NCBI GenBank assembly: GCA_049322915.1
Contig: JBMOPW010000011.1
Location: 70,642-134,641, forward strand
Direction of reading: 5' to 3'
Length of the DNA: 64,000 nt
DNA from: Candidatus Zhuqueibacterota bacterium
Lineage (GTDB): Bacteria; Zhuqueibacterota; Zhuqueibacteria; Thermofontimicrobiales; Thermofontimicrobiaceae
Positions 18,043-28,400 of this stretch are shown piece after piece. How positions within the stretch are numbered: position 1 is the stretch's first letter; each line of letters starts with the position of its first letter. Under the pieces are notes generated by a model, which saw only the letters and a list, made by a program, of their open reading frames with translations, had not been told where the DNA came from and did not search any database. A program made the position numbers and the translations under genes.

Positions 18043-19025
18043 GGATTACTATGACCCTGATGAAGAAATGTATGCTCCTATATTTGACTGGCCTGACCCT
18101 GTCGCTGGCGACTGAGTCGACGGCGCAGTCGACCAGCTATTCCGACTGCTGGAAATCCCAGCAATACACCACGTTGCTGGATACCATGCGCAGCGTGATG
18201 AAAACCAGCATCGAGCCCGAATATCAACAGCACGATTTCATTCAGACGTTTGGCTGCGCTTATGAAGAGGATGACATTCAGCAGAACTCCACTCGTGCGG
18301 TGTACCGCGCTATCATTCAATCCATTCGCAACCGTAAGTTGAGTCTGCGCGATGATCTGGAACGAGTGCTGCTTTCCAAACCACCCCGGCCGGATAATCT
18401 GGCGCGCGAATATTCGATTTATGTCAATATCCCGGCAGAGCCGGAACCCAAAGCGGCGCGCTATGAAATTAAGATATTGAACCTCGAAGCCGTGCCAACA
18501 GTTGAGTCTGAAAAAGCGGTCTGGACACGAATCGTGACGCGCTATGCCTACAAAGAGGATTTCAACATTGCGCCGGCCGCGGACATTACCGCTTCCGAAT
18601 TCGTCAATGTCATGGAAATGTCACAGGAGTTGTTGCAGCTCTCCGAGAAAAAGAAGTTCAACAGACTGAAAAAGTTGTTTTCGTTCGATAATGTCGCCCT
18701 GGCCTATCCCAAGACCATCACAGAGTTGGTATTTGGCGACTCTTTCTATCTGTTCGATGAGACCAAACCGGAAGTGCAATATCAGGGGGTTTTTCTGGGC
18801 AAGGGACTGTTCATTTGCGAGACGCAAAGCGATCAAATAATCGTCAGCAAATTTGGTGAAGAGCGCCTCTATTCGCTGCGGGTGGACATCAACTCGTTCC
18901 GCCGAACGAACAATATTTTTGCTGAATTGAATTACGAGGCGCCGGAGAGTATTTTGCAGTGCCTTTACCTGAAGTACAGTCAGGATAAACCGAGACAATT
19001 GCCGGCGCTGATGGGATTCAAATGA
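18039..19025 (+). CDS. Hypothetical secreted protein (operon gene 6)
   Basis: ATGA overlap with previous stop (alternative start 18051 after GAGGA); signal peptide ending STA/Q. Confidence 0.8.
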   Translation: MRITMTLMKKCMLLYLTGLTLSLATESTAQSTSYSDCWKSQQYTTLLDTMRSVMKTSIEPEYQQHDFIQTFGCAYEEDDIQQNSTRAVYRAIIQSIRNRKLSLRDDLERVLLSKPPRPDNLAREYSIYVNIPAEPEPKAARYEIKILNLEAVPTVESEKAVWTRIVTRYAYKEDFNIAPAADITASEFVNVMEMSQELLQLSEKKKFNRLKKLFSFDNVALAYPKTITELVFGDSFYLFDETKPEVQYQGVFLGKGLFICETQSDQIIVSKFGEERLYSLRVDINSFRRTNNIFAELNYEAPESILQCLYLKYSQDKPRQLPALMGFK

Positions 19026-19147
19026 GCGTCAGGCAGGTTGGGCATGTGGAAATTGCCGGAAAAAGCCGCTACCGCCGTCCATGCAGGAATGAAGCTGCGC
19101 AGACCAACGCGCGAAATGCACCTGTGGGCGGCGATGCAAACGACTGT

Positions 19148-19945
19148 TCAGATTCGTCCTTGAACCAGTCCGGGCCGGGAATCCATGAAAAATTTGATGG
19201 CCTCTTCAATTTTGTTGTAGTCAACCGTCGTATTTTTGCAGGGGCCTTCCGGGCGCTGATTGGGGATACCGATCACGGGAATGTGCTGGACATCGCGAAT
19301 GCCGGACAGCAAATCCCGCTCGCACGCCACGCCAATAACCGCCAGTGGTTTCTCCTCCGCGATGATCTTCCGCGCCAGTTCGCCGCCGGGCACCGTGTAA
19401 ATCAGGCACTGGTATTTCCTGGCCAGCGCGACAATCTCTTTCTGCAATGGCCGGCGCAGACAGCGCGGGAGCAGGATGACAATCCGGCTTCGATTTATCT
19501 TCCAGCGGCCGGTTTGAATGAGCGAGTTGCTGACTTTGATGAACGAATGTCCCATTCGATCGTAGGAAACGCCAAACTTCCTGCCCAGCGCAAGAATGAG
19601 CGGCGTGAGAAACGTGATCGAAAAAGTCTTGTTGCGCAGCCGGACCATCCAATTTCGGTGTGTCACAATCGAGATGACCGTTAGCAGAAAAATTAAAAAA
19701 AGCAGGCCGATGAAGGCATAAATTACTATCTGCAGGATATGGGCAAACCCGGCGTGAAGTTGTACCATGCGTGGTTTGATCAAAAACCAGACCAGAAACA
19801 CTCCTAGTGCGACAAACATCAGAGTTAACACAGCGAAGCCGAGGAACATCCTCTTCCCGGTCTCCACGTTGATTCCCGACACGGAGAGATCGCCGTCCCA
19901 CTCTTCCCATTCATCGCCCAATTTTCTATCGTTGATCGCGTTCAA
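19148..19945 (-). CDS. DUF116 domain-containing membrane protein
   Basis: Two TM helices, then LLPRCL...VPGG.LARK...IGVACERDL.SG...N.RP.GPC.NT.VD pattern. Confidence 0.82.
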   Translation of the reverse strand: MNAINDRKLGDEWEEWDGDLSVSGINVETGKRMFLGFAVLTLMFVALGVFLVWFLIKPRMVQLHAGFAHILQIVIYAFIGLLFLIFLLTVISIVTHRNWMVRLRNKTFSITFLTPLILALGRKFGVSYDRMGHSFIKVSNSLIQTGRWKINRSRIVILLPRCLRRPLQKEIVALARKYQCLIYTVPGGELARKIIAEEKPLAVIGVACERDLLSGIRDVQHIPVIGIPNQRPEGPCKNTTVDYNKIEEAIKFFMDSRPGLVQGRI

Positions 19946-20081
19946 TTTTTCACTTCCTGAAAATTATCATTCATCCCGGGAGGGATGCTTTACGGTTCTT
20001 TTTTAAATAGTGCGCGGGCGCTGAACCGGAACCGGCAATGCAAACCGCACGTTTCGAGGTTCAATTGCCCTCCTTATTAAC

Positions 20082-20110
20082 AAAAACAGGATACCAAATA
20101 GCATCCTGTC
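20082..20110 (-). terminator. Intrinsic terminator after the nifU-like gene
   Basis: Minus strand GACAGGATGC-TATTTG-GTATCCTGTT followed by a T-run. Confidence 0.65.
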
Positions 20111-20142
20111 TCATTGTACTTCCATAATTTTCGGTGAGGCTG

Positions 20143-20361
20143 TTACACAGCCACCACTTCTTTGACCTCAGGGATGTCTTCTTTGATGATTCGTTCAATC
20201 CCCATCTTCAGGGTCATCTGCGAAAAAGGACAGCCGCCGCAAGCCCCGGTCAGCCGAACTTTGACAACGCCATCCTGCACGCTGACTAATTCAACATCGC
20301 CGCCATCGGCCTGTAACGAGGGGCGCACTTTTTCCAATGTTTTTTTCACCTGTTCCAGCAT
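20143..20361 (-). CDS. NifU/NfuA-like Fe-S cluster carrier domain protein
   Basis: VRPSLQADGGDVELV...GACGGCP...TLKMGIE. Confidence 0.93.
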   Translation of the reverse strand: MLEQVKKTLEKVRPSLQADGGDVELVSVQDGVVKVRLTGACGGCPFSQMTLKMGIERIIKEDIPEVKEVVAV

Positions 20362-20528
20362 ATCAATATTCCTTATTTAAGTTGTAAATTGATTTTCGAA
20401 TTATGTCTTCACCGGGTCGGTTCAGATGCTGCTGGCTATGCCTTCTACAAAGCGGCGAGCACCATCTCCGGGCAACTGTCCGACTTTATATTGTCGTAGT
20501 GTTAATTATAGATTTTTATTAGAGGTTC

Positions 20529-20557
20529 AATATAAATTTATTTAGGGAGAATGTCAA
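20529..20557 (-). promoter_or_regulatory. Sigma70-type promoter for the nifU-like gene
   Basis: TTGACA-N17-TATATT on the minus strand. Confidence 0.65.
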
Positions 20558-20757
20558 GCGAAATTTTAAGAAACAGGAACATCGTGAAGTGCAGACAGAT
20601 GGTGGAATCGGGCGACTGGGTAGGCGAAGCGTGGTCAGGGAATCCGGCCCCACCGGGAAATCGTCCACTGCGACGTGAACCGGGCGACTGGCAGACTCCG
20701 GACTATCGAATTTCAATCACTCCCCGGCGCGAGTCCGCCGCTGCTTTGTTTTCGCTG

Positions 20758-22125
20758 TCACTGAATACCATACTTTTCCATTTTGGACAACAGCGTGCTG
20801 CGATGCACGCCCAGCTTCCGGGATGCCTCGCTTTTGTTTTTGCGGCACTGCCCCAGCACGGTCTCGATCAATTGCTTTTCCACTGTGTCCATCACCTCAG
20901 GCAGCGACCTGTCGTCCAGCATTTTCAGCGGCGTTTCCAGCCGGGAATTGCTGACCAGGTAGGACAATGAATCCGCTCCGATAAATCCGCCTTTGCACAG
21001 CACAACGCCCCGCTCGATCACATTTTCCAGCTCGCGCACATTGCCCGGCCAGGTGTAATGGATCAAAATTTCCAAGGCTTCTTTGGTGATGCCCTGAACG
21101 TTTTTCCCGGTCTGAATTTTGTACTTATTCAAAAAGAAATCGGCCAACAATGGAATATCATCCACGCGCTCCCGCAGTGGGGGAATCACGAGGGGGATGA
21201 CATTCAAACGATAATACAGATCCTGACGGAATTCATTGTTTTCAATGGCTTGCTCCAGATCCCTGTTGGTCGCTGCAATGACCCGTACATCCATTTTGAG
21301 CGTCTTTTCACCGCCAACGCGCTCGAACTCCCCTTCCTGCAACGCGCGCAGCAGCTTCACCTGGAGCTTCGGCGATATATCTCCGATTTCATCCAAAAAA
21401 AGTGTCCCGTTATTGGCTAGTTCAAAGCGACCTTCTTTGCATTTAATCGCGCCGGTGAAAGCACCTTTTTCGTGGCCGAACAGTTCGCTCTCCAAAAGAC
21501 TTTCCGCCAGCACTGCGCAATTGACGCTGATCATCGGCTGGGCTTTGCGCGTGCTGTTGTAATGGATGGCGCGGGCGATCAGTTCTTTGCCGGTGCCGCT
21601 CTCTCCGCGAATGAGGACTGTGGAATGGGTGCCGGCCACTTCGCGGATGATGTCGAACACGTCCTGCATTCTTCGGTTGTTGCCAATGATATGATCAAAA
21701 TTATAATCATGGCTGAGCTGATTTTGCAGGTAGCGGTTCTGGTCTTTCAGCACCTTCACGGTGTGCAGCCGCTCAACCATCAGCATCACCTCTTCCATCG
21801 CCATGGGTTTGATGATGTAATCGTACGCGCCTTTTTTTAACGCATCAACAGCCGTTTCAATCGAACCATGCCCGGTGAAAACAATGACTTCGGTCTCAGG
21901 CGAATTCTCCTTGATTCGTGTCAGCAGCTCGATGCCATCCAATTTCGGCATTTTCAAATCGGTGAGAATGATGTGATAATTTTCACGGTGCAGCTTCTTC
22001 AGCGCCATCTCCCCATTGGTTGCCGTCGATACTGAGAAACCCCTTTTCGAAATAATTCCTTCCAACAACGTCACGATTTCCGGCTCATCGTCCACGACTA
22101 GTATTTTCGTTTGATTACGGCTCAA
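20758..22125 (-). CDS. Sigma54-dependent response regulator (NtrC/ZraR-like: REC, AAA+, Fis HTH)
   Basis: VVDDE..LTDLKMP receiver; GESGTGKEL; intact GAFTGA; FLDEIG; WPGNVRELEN; C-terminal HTH. Likely TTG start at 22125 after AAGGGA (ORF track starts at 22215). Confidence 0.93.
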   Translation of the reverse strand: MSRNQTKILVVDDEPEIVTLLEGIISKRGFSVSTATNGEMALKKLHRENYHIILTDLKMPKLDGIELLTRIKENSPETEVIVFTGHGSIETAVDALKKGAYDYIIKPMAMEEVMLMVERLHTVKVLKDQNRYLQNQLSHDYNFDHIIGNNRRMQDVFDIIREVAGTHSTVLIRGESGTGKELIARAIHYNSTRKAQPMISVNCAVLAESLLESELFGHEKGAFTGAIKCKEGRFELANNGTLFLDEIGDISPKLQVKLLRALQEGEFERVGGEKTLKMDVRVIAATNRDLEQAIENNEFRQDLYYRLNVIPLVIPPLRERVDDIPLLADFFLNKYKIQTGKNVQGITKEALEILIHYTWPGNVRELENVIERGVVLCKGGFIGADSLSYLVSNSRLETPLKMLDDRSLPEVMDTVEKQLIETVLGQCRKNKSEASRKLGVHRSTLLSKMEKYGIQ

Positions 22126-22181
22126 TTGACATATCCCTTCATGCGTTACACTATCCTCAACCTCTTCGCCGGCGTGCAGCC

Positions 22182-22368
22182 CCTTGCTCCGCTGGCGATG
22201 CCTCTTCAGCCCCATGTCGTCAGTTCAAGATATTACCATTTTCCATTGAACGATCACCCTGATTTTTCGGGGTGGAATTAGAAAAAATAATATTTTGGAA
22301 ACCGTTTTAACGGTTTCCCACATTAACTACCTTGCTCCCTTAAACTGAAGGCTATGCTCTTCAGCCCC
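22182..22368. repeat. Imperfect intergenic direct repeat flanking a 22-bp palindrome
   Basis: CCTTGCTCC...GC(G/T)ATG(C)CTCTTCAGCCCC at 22182-22213 and 22330-22368; GGAAACCGTT-TT-AACGGTTTCC at 22297-22318. Confidence 0.6.
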
Positions 22369-22406
22369 CTTCTTCAAATCAACCCGAGTCCCTTCCTGAC
22401 TGCTGG

Positions 22407-24257
22407 TCAGTGCGCGCCATTCCTGTAAATCGGAAGATAAATCGTGAACACCGTTCCCACACCTTCCTTGCTTTCCACCTGCACATCGCCTCCTTCTTTC
22501 TTTAAAATCGTATGCGATACATACATGCCCAGTCCGGTGCCCTGTCCCACTTCGCGCGTGGTGAAAAATGGCGAGAAAATGTGCGGCAGATTTTTCTTGG
22601 CAATACCGCAGCCGTTATCCTCAATTTTCACCACCACATTTTCATCCGCTTTCACCAGGGTTGATATTTTCAACTCTCCCCCGTCGGACATGGCCTGTTG
22701 CGCATTGAAAATAATGCTCATCAGCACCTGCTTCAGCGAATCCAGGTTGAAGAAAACATCAGGCAAATCCTTACTGTAGTCCGGTTTGTATTCGATGTTT
22801 CGGGCGCGAAGCTCTTTTTGAATGAGCGATACGGTCTTGTCGATCAATTCGTTGATCCGAATCGGTTCGCACTCAACGCGGGAGCGCCGGGAAAATTCCA
22901 GCAGATTATTGATGATCGTGGATGCGCGGTGAATATTTTTCGAGATCATCTCCAGTTTATCGGCGATGTCAAAATCCTCGTCCTCGATTGATTCTGCAAT
23001 GGAGTAACGCGCCGCCTCGATGATGTTCAAAGGATTCCTGATTTCGTGGGCAATGCCCGAAGAGAGCATGCCGATGGTGGCGAGCTTCTCGGACTGTATC
23101 AGCGTCTGTTGCAACCGCCGCTCCGCGCTTACATCCTGCATGATCATAACCACCTGCTTGGATTGCGTCTCGAAATTTGAAAATGGGTGGCTGCGGATCA
23201 GGTAATTCTCCTGATCCGTGGCGCGCTCCATCATTTCCATTTTTTTCGATTCGAACGTCAACAGCGCGGGACAGCCGGGGCACGGTTCGCTGGTATGAAA
23301 AAAATAGCTGTAGCACCGCTGACCGATCATCGCTTTGAAAGTCGAATGATGCAGTTCCGCTGCTTTTCGGTTAGCCAGGATGATGTTGAAATCCTGGTCA
23401 ATGACATAAATAATATCCAGAATGCTATCGAACAAAAGGCTGAGCCGTTTTTTGCTCTCCAGGATGGCGTCTTCCAGGCGTTTCTTTTCGGTCACGTCGC
23501 GCACAACTTTCTGGATGACTTTGAACGAACCATAATCCACCAGACTCACGCTCACGTCGATGGGCACCCGTTCGCCCTGGCGCGTCAAAATAGCCAGATC
23601 ATCGAAACTACCGTGACCCTGCTTTTTTGTCTGCGCATTGATCTGCTTGAGCCGGGCCAGGTACTCGACCGGATGAATCTGGCGGACGAACATGCCAATT
23701 AACTCCTCGCGACTATAACCGGTCAATTGAGAGGCGCGGCGATTGACGTCCAATATTTTCCCGCTGGTCGGATGTTCAATGAAGATGGCGTCATTGGCGC
23801 TTTCAATGAGATTCTGATATTTGCGCTCCGTCTGAAACAGCCGTTGTTCCAGTTCAAACTTATCAATCGCCTGCTGAATGACGCGCGGCAGCACATGCAT
23901 GTAGCCTTTGTCTTTGATGAGATAATCATACGCGCCCTGCTTCATTGCTTTGACCGCGATTTTTTCATCCCCTTTTCCGGTGACCAGCACCACAGGAATC
24001 TCCTGCCGCAGTTTTTTCACCTCGCTCAAAATCTCCAGCCCGGACATCATCGGCAGGTCGTAATCGAGAATGACCACATTCACCGGCCGTTCGCTTCTGA
24101 GAATTTCCAGGCATTCCGGCCCGGACTGGGCAACGATCACGTCGAATTTGACCTCTTGCTTTTTGAGAATGATTTCCATCAACTGAGCGTGATCCACATT
24201 ATCCTCGACAAGCAGCACATGAATGGGTTCAGAACGAGTCATTTTTTGTTCCGGCAT
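22407..24257 (-). CDS. Hybrid histidine kinase REC-PAS-PAS-HisKA-HATPase (NtrB-like transmitter)
   Basis: LVEDN..ILDYDLP receiver; two PAS domains; QSEKLATIG..SGIAHEIRNPL; DNGCGI; PFFTT; GTGLGM. Confidence 0.92.
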   Translation of the reverse strand: MPEQKMTRSEPIHVLLVEDNVDHAQLMEIILKKQEVKFDVIVAQSGPECLEILRSERPVNVVILDYDLPMMSGLEILSEVKKLRQEIPVVLVTGKGDEKIAVKAMKQGAYDYLIKDKGYMHVLPRVIQQAIDKFELEQRLFQTERKYQNLIESANDAIFIEHPTSGKILDVNRRASQLTGYSREELIGMFVRQIHPVEYLARLKQINAQTKKQGHGSFDDLAILTRQGERVPIDVSVSLVDYGSFKVIQKVVRDVTEKKRLEDAILESKKRLSLLFDSILDIIYVIDQDFNIILANRKAAELHHSTFKAMIGQRCYSYFFHTSEPCPGCPALLTFESKKMEMMERATDQENYLIRSHPFSNFETQSKQVVMIMQDVSAERRLQQTLIQSEKLATIGMLSSGIAHEIRNPLNIIEAARYSIAESIEDEDFDIADKLEMISKNIHRASTIINNLLEFSRRSRVECEPIRINELIDKTVSLIQKELRARNIEYKPDYSKDLPDVFFNLDSLKQVLMSIIFNAQQAMSDGGELKISTLVKADENVVVKIEDNGCGIAKKNLPHIFSPFFTTREVGQGTGLGMYVSHTILKKEGGDVQVESKEGVGTVFTIYLPIYRNGAH

Positions 24258-24494
24258 GAAACTTCCTCGCAGGTCGGTTTATGAAAGAATGAATTGATCG
24301 CCGCAGATCACCCTCGAAATCCACCGCGCCAGGCGCGCCGCCGAAGCATGGCACCCCGGCAGATGCGAATGCGGACAGTCGCAATTGCGGTATCCGTTCG
24401 CTCATGGGTGAGGCGTCATTGGCGTTGAGGCGGCAGTCCCCGCGGCGATTGGGTCAGCGGCGGGTCGCCCAATTCCGGCGTGGTTGGGCCTTGC

Positions 24495-25328
24495 TCAGTA
24501 GATGATGTCCCCATCGTCAAAATCCGAATCCGATTCAGTTGCAGCGTTTCGCGGTAACGTGAAGAAGAACGTGCTGCCCTTGCCGCGGGCAGATTCCACC
24601 CATATTTCGCCGCCATGTTTTTCAATGATGCGTTTGGTAATGATAAGCCCCAGCCCGGTTCCCCGCGCGCCCTTTTTATTTTCCAGCCGACCGAATAATT
24701 GAAAGATTTTACTCTGGTCGGCCAGGGCAATGCCCACGCCATTATCCTCCACATAAAATTTGTGAAAAATCTCTCCGTCAATATACCCGACTTCCACAAC
24801 CGGCGCGTCGGTATTTTTGGAATATTTAATGGCATTGCTCAGTAAATTGGTCAGCACCCGAAGCATGAAACTGCGGTGGCAAAAGATGTGCGGTAAATTT
24901 TTGGAGATCGCTATTTTCACCTGGCTGGTTCGAATCTGAAAACTCAGTTCGTCCATGGCCTCGCGCAGCAGATCGGCAAAATCCACCCGTTCGCATTCTT
25001 CGAGATCCACGTGGATGCGGGTGTAATCGAGCAGGCGTTCCACGAGTTGTTCCATTTGATCCAGATTGTTGACGATGCGTTCGAGGTATTCCTGTATCTC
25101 CTTGTCCAGGTCTTTGATATGATAAACCTGCAGCAGTTCAGAATAGCCGCGCATGGAGACGATGGGCGTTTTCAGTTCGTGCGACACCGTGTACAGATAC
25201 TGGTGCAGTTCCTCATTTTTCTCCTTCAGCAGCGCCTCCCTGGATTTCAGCTTGCGCCGCAATTCCAGGTTCTCGCGCTTTAGCGTGTCTACATCCACTC
25301 TTATCTCTGTTGTGTCCATTGCTGTCAA
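24495..25328 (-). CDS. Histidine kinase without sensor domain (coiled coil-HisKA-HATPase)
   Basis: VSHELKTP, NLLSNAIKY, DNGVGI, GTGLGL; only about 45 aa precede the H-box. Confidence 0.9.
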   Translation of the reverse strand: MTAMDTTEIRVDVDTLKRENLELRRKLKSREALLKEKNEELHQYLYTVSHELKTPIVSMRGYSELLQVYHIKDLDKEIQEYLERIVNNLDQMEQLVERLLDYTRIHVDLEECERVDFADLLREAMDELSFQIRTSQVKIAISKNLPHIFCHRSFMLRVLTNLLSNAIKYSKNTDAPVVEVGYIDGEIFHKFYVEDNGVGIALADQSKIFQLFGRLENKKGARGTGLGLIITKRIIEKHGGEIWVESARGKGSTFFFTLPRNAATESDSDFDDGDIIY

Positions 25329-25417
25329 TCCCCTCGTTGGAAAAAACTATGGAATATCAGTCGGCATGCAATCCGGCATTCAGGCAACCGGCTGGCTCAA
25401 CCTGTGTTTGAGCGCTG

Positions 25418-28400
25418 TTACAATGACTCCCTGGGAAAGCTCAGATAAAATGTGCTGCCATTGCCCGGCTGCGACTCGACCCAGACTTTGCCATTGTGGT
25501 GTTCGACTATCTTTTTGACAATCGCCAGGCCAATGCCGGAGCCCTCTTCATCCGAGGCCGCTTCCTGATTGGCGCGCTGAAAAAGCATGAAAATTTTTTC
25601 ATGGAATTGCTTGTGAATGCCAATCCCATTATCCCTCACAAAGAACAAATGGGATGATTTCTCCCCGCGATAGCCAATGCGGATTTGCGGCGATGGATTG
25701 TTCTCGCCGATATATTTGATGGCATTGCTGACCAGGTTCAAAAAGGCTTGCACCATGCGCGCCTTGTCGCAGAGCAGCTTCGGCATGGCTTTATCAACCA
25801 TGAGCTTGATCTTTTTTTCCTTCAATGAAAAGAGCAGCTCGTTCACGGCCAGCGTCACCACGTCGTACATGGGCGCTTCTTCGAACGGATTGACCACACG
25901 CCCGACGCGCGAAAGCTCCAATAAATCGGTGATCATCCGCTCCATCTTGTTGGCGTTCTGTTGAATCCGCTCCAGGTATTTGTAACTATCGATGGCCAGA
26001 TCGTGGCGCATTTCATTGAGCAGAATGGAACTGAATCCCTGAATGGACACGATGGGCGTTTTCAAATCGTGAGAAACAGTGTAGACAAAATTTTCAAGTT
26101 CCGAGTTTATTTTCTGCAACTCGGCGGAGGTTGCCATCGCCGCCTCGTAGTTCCGGGCGTTATGCATGGCCGAGGCCGCCTGGCTGGAAAAATACAGAAT
26201 TCGACTCAGTTCATCTGTGGAAACCTGGCGCGATTCATACCAATAGATCGATACCAGTCCCAGCACGTCAGCGTTCAATTTCAATGCGAAACCAAAATAG
26301 GACTGAAAGTTCAGCGGCAGAACCGTCGATTTAATCCGGGACGAGCTGTCAGCATCGACCGGCTGGTGCAACGAATGATAGTCCGCGCCTTTGAAAATAT
26401 GGGGCAGAATCTGGTTATCTTCAAATTTCAGGAATTTCTGGATTTCCATGATCGACTGATTCGCCATGAGGTCCGCAAGCGGTTTGTTCTCCTTCATCAA
26501 CCGCAGCGTCACCAGGTCCGCGCCCAGCAGCGATGCTGTCCCGTGGACCACTGTTTTCGAATTGTTCGCCACGTTGAGGTCGCTGAAGACCGGCGACTCG
26601 AAATCTGGCGCGACGATTGGTTCCCGGTCAGGCCGACCGTTCTCCAGGCTCCAGCGCGCATTTTCCATGATCGCGGAACCGTACTGGGCCATTTTGTTGA
26701 AGGTCCTGGCATGTTTTTCCGAGTAGCAATTCGCTTCCAGTTTGCCAATGACGATTGTTCCCAGGTATCTGTTCTGCGCCATCAGCACGTAGGAAAGCCG
26801 CGACAAAATTTTACCTTCAATGAGCTCGTTCTGATCGTCTTTCTGCTCCAACTGTTCCCGCAGGCTCATCCGACTGATGTCCAGCCAGCATAAATCCGAG
26901 CCTTCCAGCCGCACCAATTCCTGATGGGGCAGCAGTTTACGGCAGGCATCCGAAATCACGGTGAACGTCTGCATGTTCTCCGCCGGCGAATCGAACAGAG
27001 TCACCTGAGCGTAATCAAACGGAGTCACTTTGCTCATGGCCAGCAGCAGCCCTTTGATGATGCCGGTCAGATCGCTGTCGAATTTGATCAGTTCGCTCAA
27101 ATCGGCCAGGGCGCTGAGGAGCAGGCGATCGTGATTGGCGGCCATGCTCTGTTGGCTCTTTTCGATGAGGAACGAGAAAAACGATCCCAGGCCGGTGAAA
27201 TAGCCGCGCTCGCTATCGCTGAAATGCTGACGTCGTTCATAGAAAAGCGTCATGGCGCCAATCGGCGCATCGTCCACCTGAATGGGCACAGAGACCAGCG
27301 CTGCATAGCCCAATCCCTGGGCAATGGGCAGCCAACTGGAGAATTCGGGTTCCTTCCAGATGTCGTTGATGATGAGCGCTTCGTTTTTTTGCAACACCTG
27401 CCGCAACGGCGGTTGATCCAGCCCGATCTGCCACGGTTTCAACTTCGTGAAATTGAAATTGTCCGGAAATCGTTTGATCCGAACCGGATCAAGTTCGCCG
27501 GTCTTCTCATTGACAAGCTGGATGGCAATGTACCGGGCGCCCATTTTTGACCCGTACTCATCGGCAATAAAATCGAGCAGCCGATCGAACTGGCTGGCCG
27601 TCGCAACCGCCAGGCCGCGCTGAATGAATTCCAGGGAGAACTCTCCCCGATCCGGATGCGGCGCCGGCGGGTAATTTCCAGCCATTGCTTCTTCATAAAA
27701 AGCAAAGACGAAATTTTCGTCCGGAATGCCGGCGAATCGGAACTTGACTGGCAGGGCCACCCCATCTTTTCTGAGCAGCGTCAGCGGCACAAAATCGGCG
27801 ATAGTCCCCTCTTGCGCATCGTTTTGCAACTTGCCTGAAATGATTTCGGTATGCTCCGGATGAAGCTGCGAGAGCCTCATGCCGCTCAAATCCGCAGCCT
27901 CAAAGCCGGTCATCTTCTGAAACGCCGGGTTGGAGAGATAAATCAAATCATAATCGCGACGCACCAGCGCAATGGCTTCGCTGCTGTGCTCGATCAATTG
28001 GCTGAATTTCTTCTTCCATTGAACCATGTCTGCTTTGTTCAATCGCAACTGGTCGATCAGATCGGATCGCTCCAGCGCCAGTCCCAGCAGCATGGCCACC
28101 TGATGAATGGCGACGGCGTCGAACTGCTTGAAAAATTCATTCTTGTAGCTGCTCAGATTGATGACAGCCAGTACTTTGTTTTTATTGACAACCGGGACGG
28201 AGAGGTCGGATCGCACGCCATTGGCCAGGAATTTCAAATCGCCGGGCGTCAACTGGCCGCGACCGGACAGGTCATTTCGAAGAATTGGTTGATGGGTGCG
28301 CAGCACTTCGGTGACTGATGTTTCACTGTAAGGAATAATCACGTCCTCGCCATGATCGGACGGAGATGGACTGAGCGCGTGATTGATGTAGAAATAACGC

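Noticed and set aside
12998..19025. Six-gene operon as a prophage, mobile element or anti-phage island
   Set aside because: No integrase, transposase, att-like repeats or nuclease/ATPase motifs seen; all products appear exported.
19022..19684. 220-aa plus-strand ORF overlapping the operon's last stop codon, as a possible seventh gene
   Set aside because: Mostly antisense to the well-supported DUF116 gene; composition looks like a shadow frame.
20143..20361. Selenocysteine in the NifU CxxC
   Set aside because: Both codons are Cys (TGC, TGT); no in-frame TGA.
20416..20484. SRP RNA or a known riboswitch (contains AGCAGC)
   Set aside because: Lacks the CAGG...GGAA tetraloop helix of SRP and any aptamer consensus I recognise; kept only as an unknown structured leader.
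20609..20691. CGGGCGACTGG repeated twice
   Set aside because: Only two 11-nt copies, no array structure; not CRISPR and may be chance.
25961..27550. Long plus-strand ORFs (310 and 208 aa) in the kinase cluster
   Set aside because: Antisense shadows of the 1050-aa kinase.
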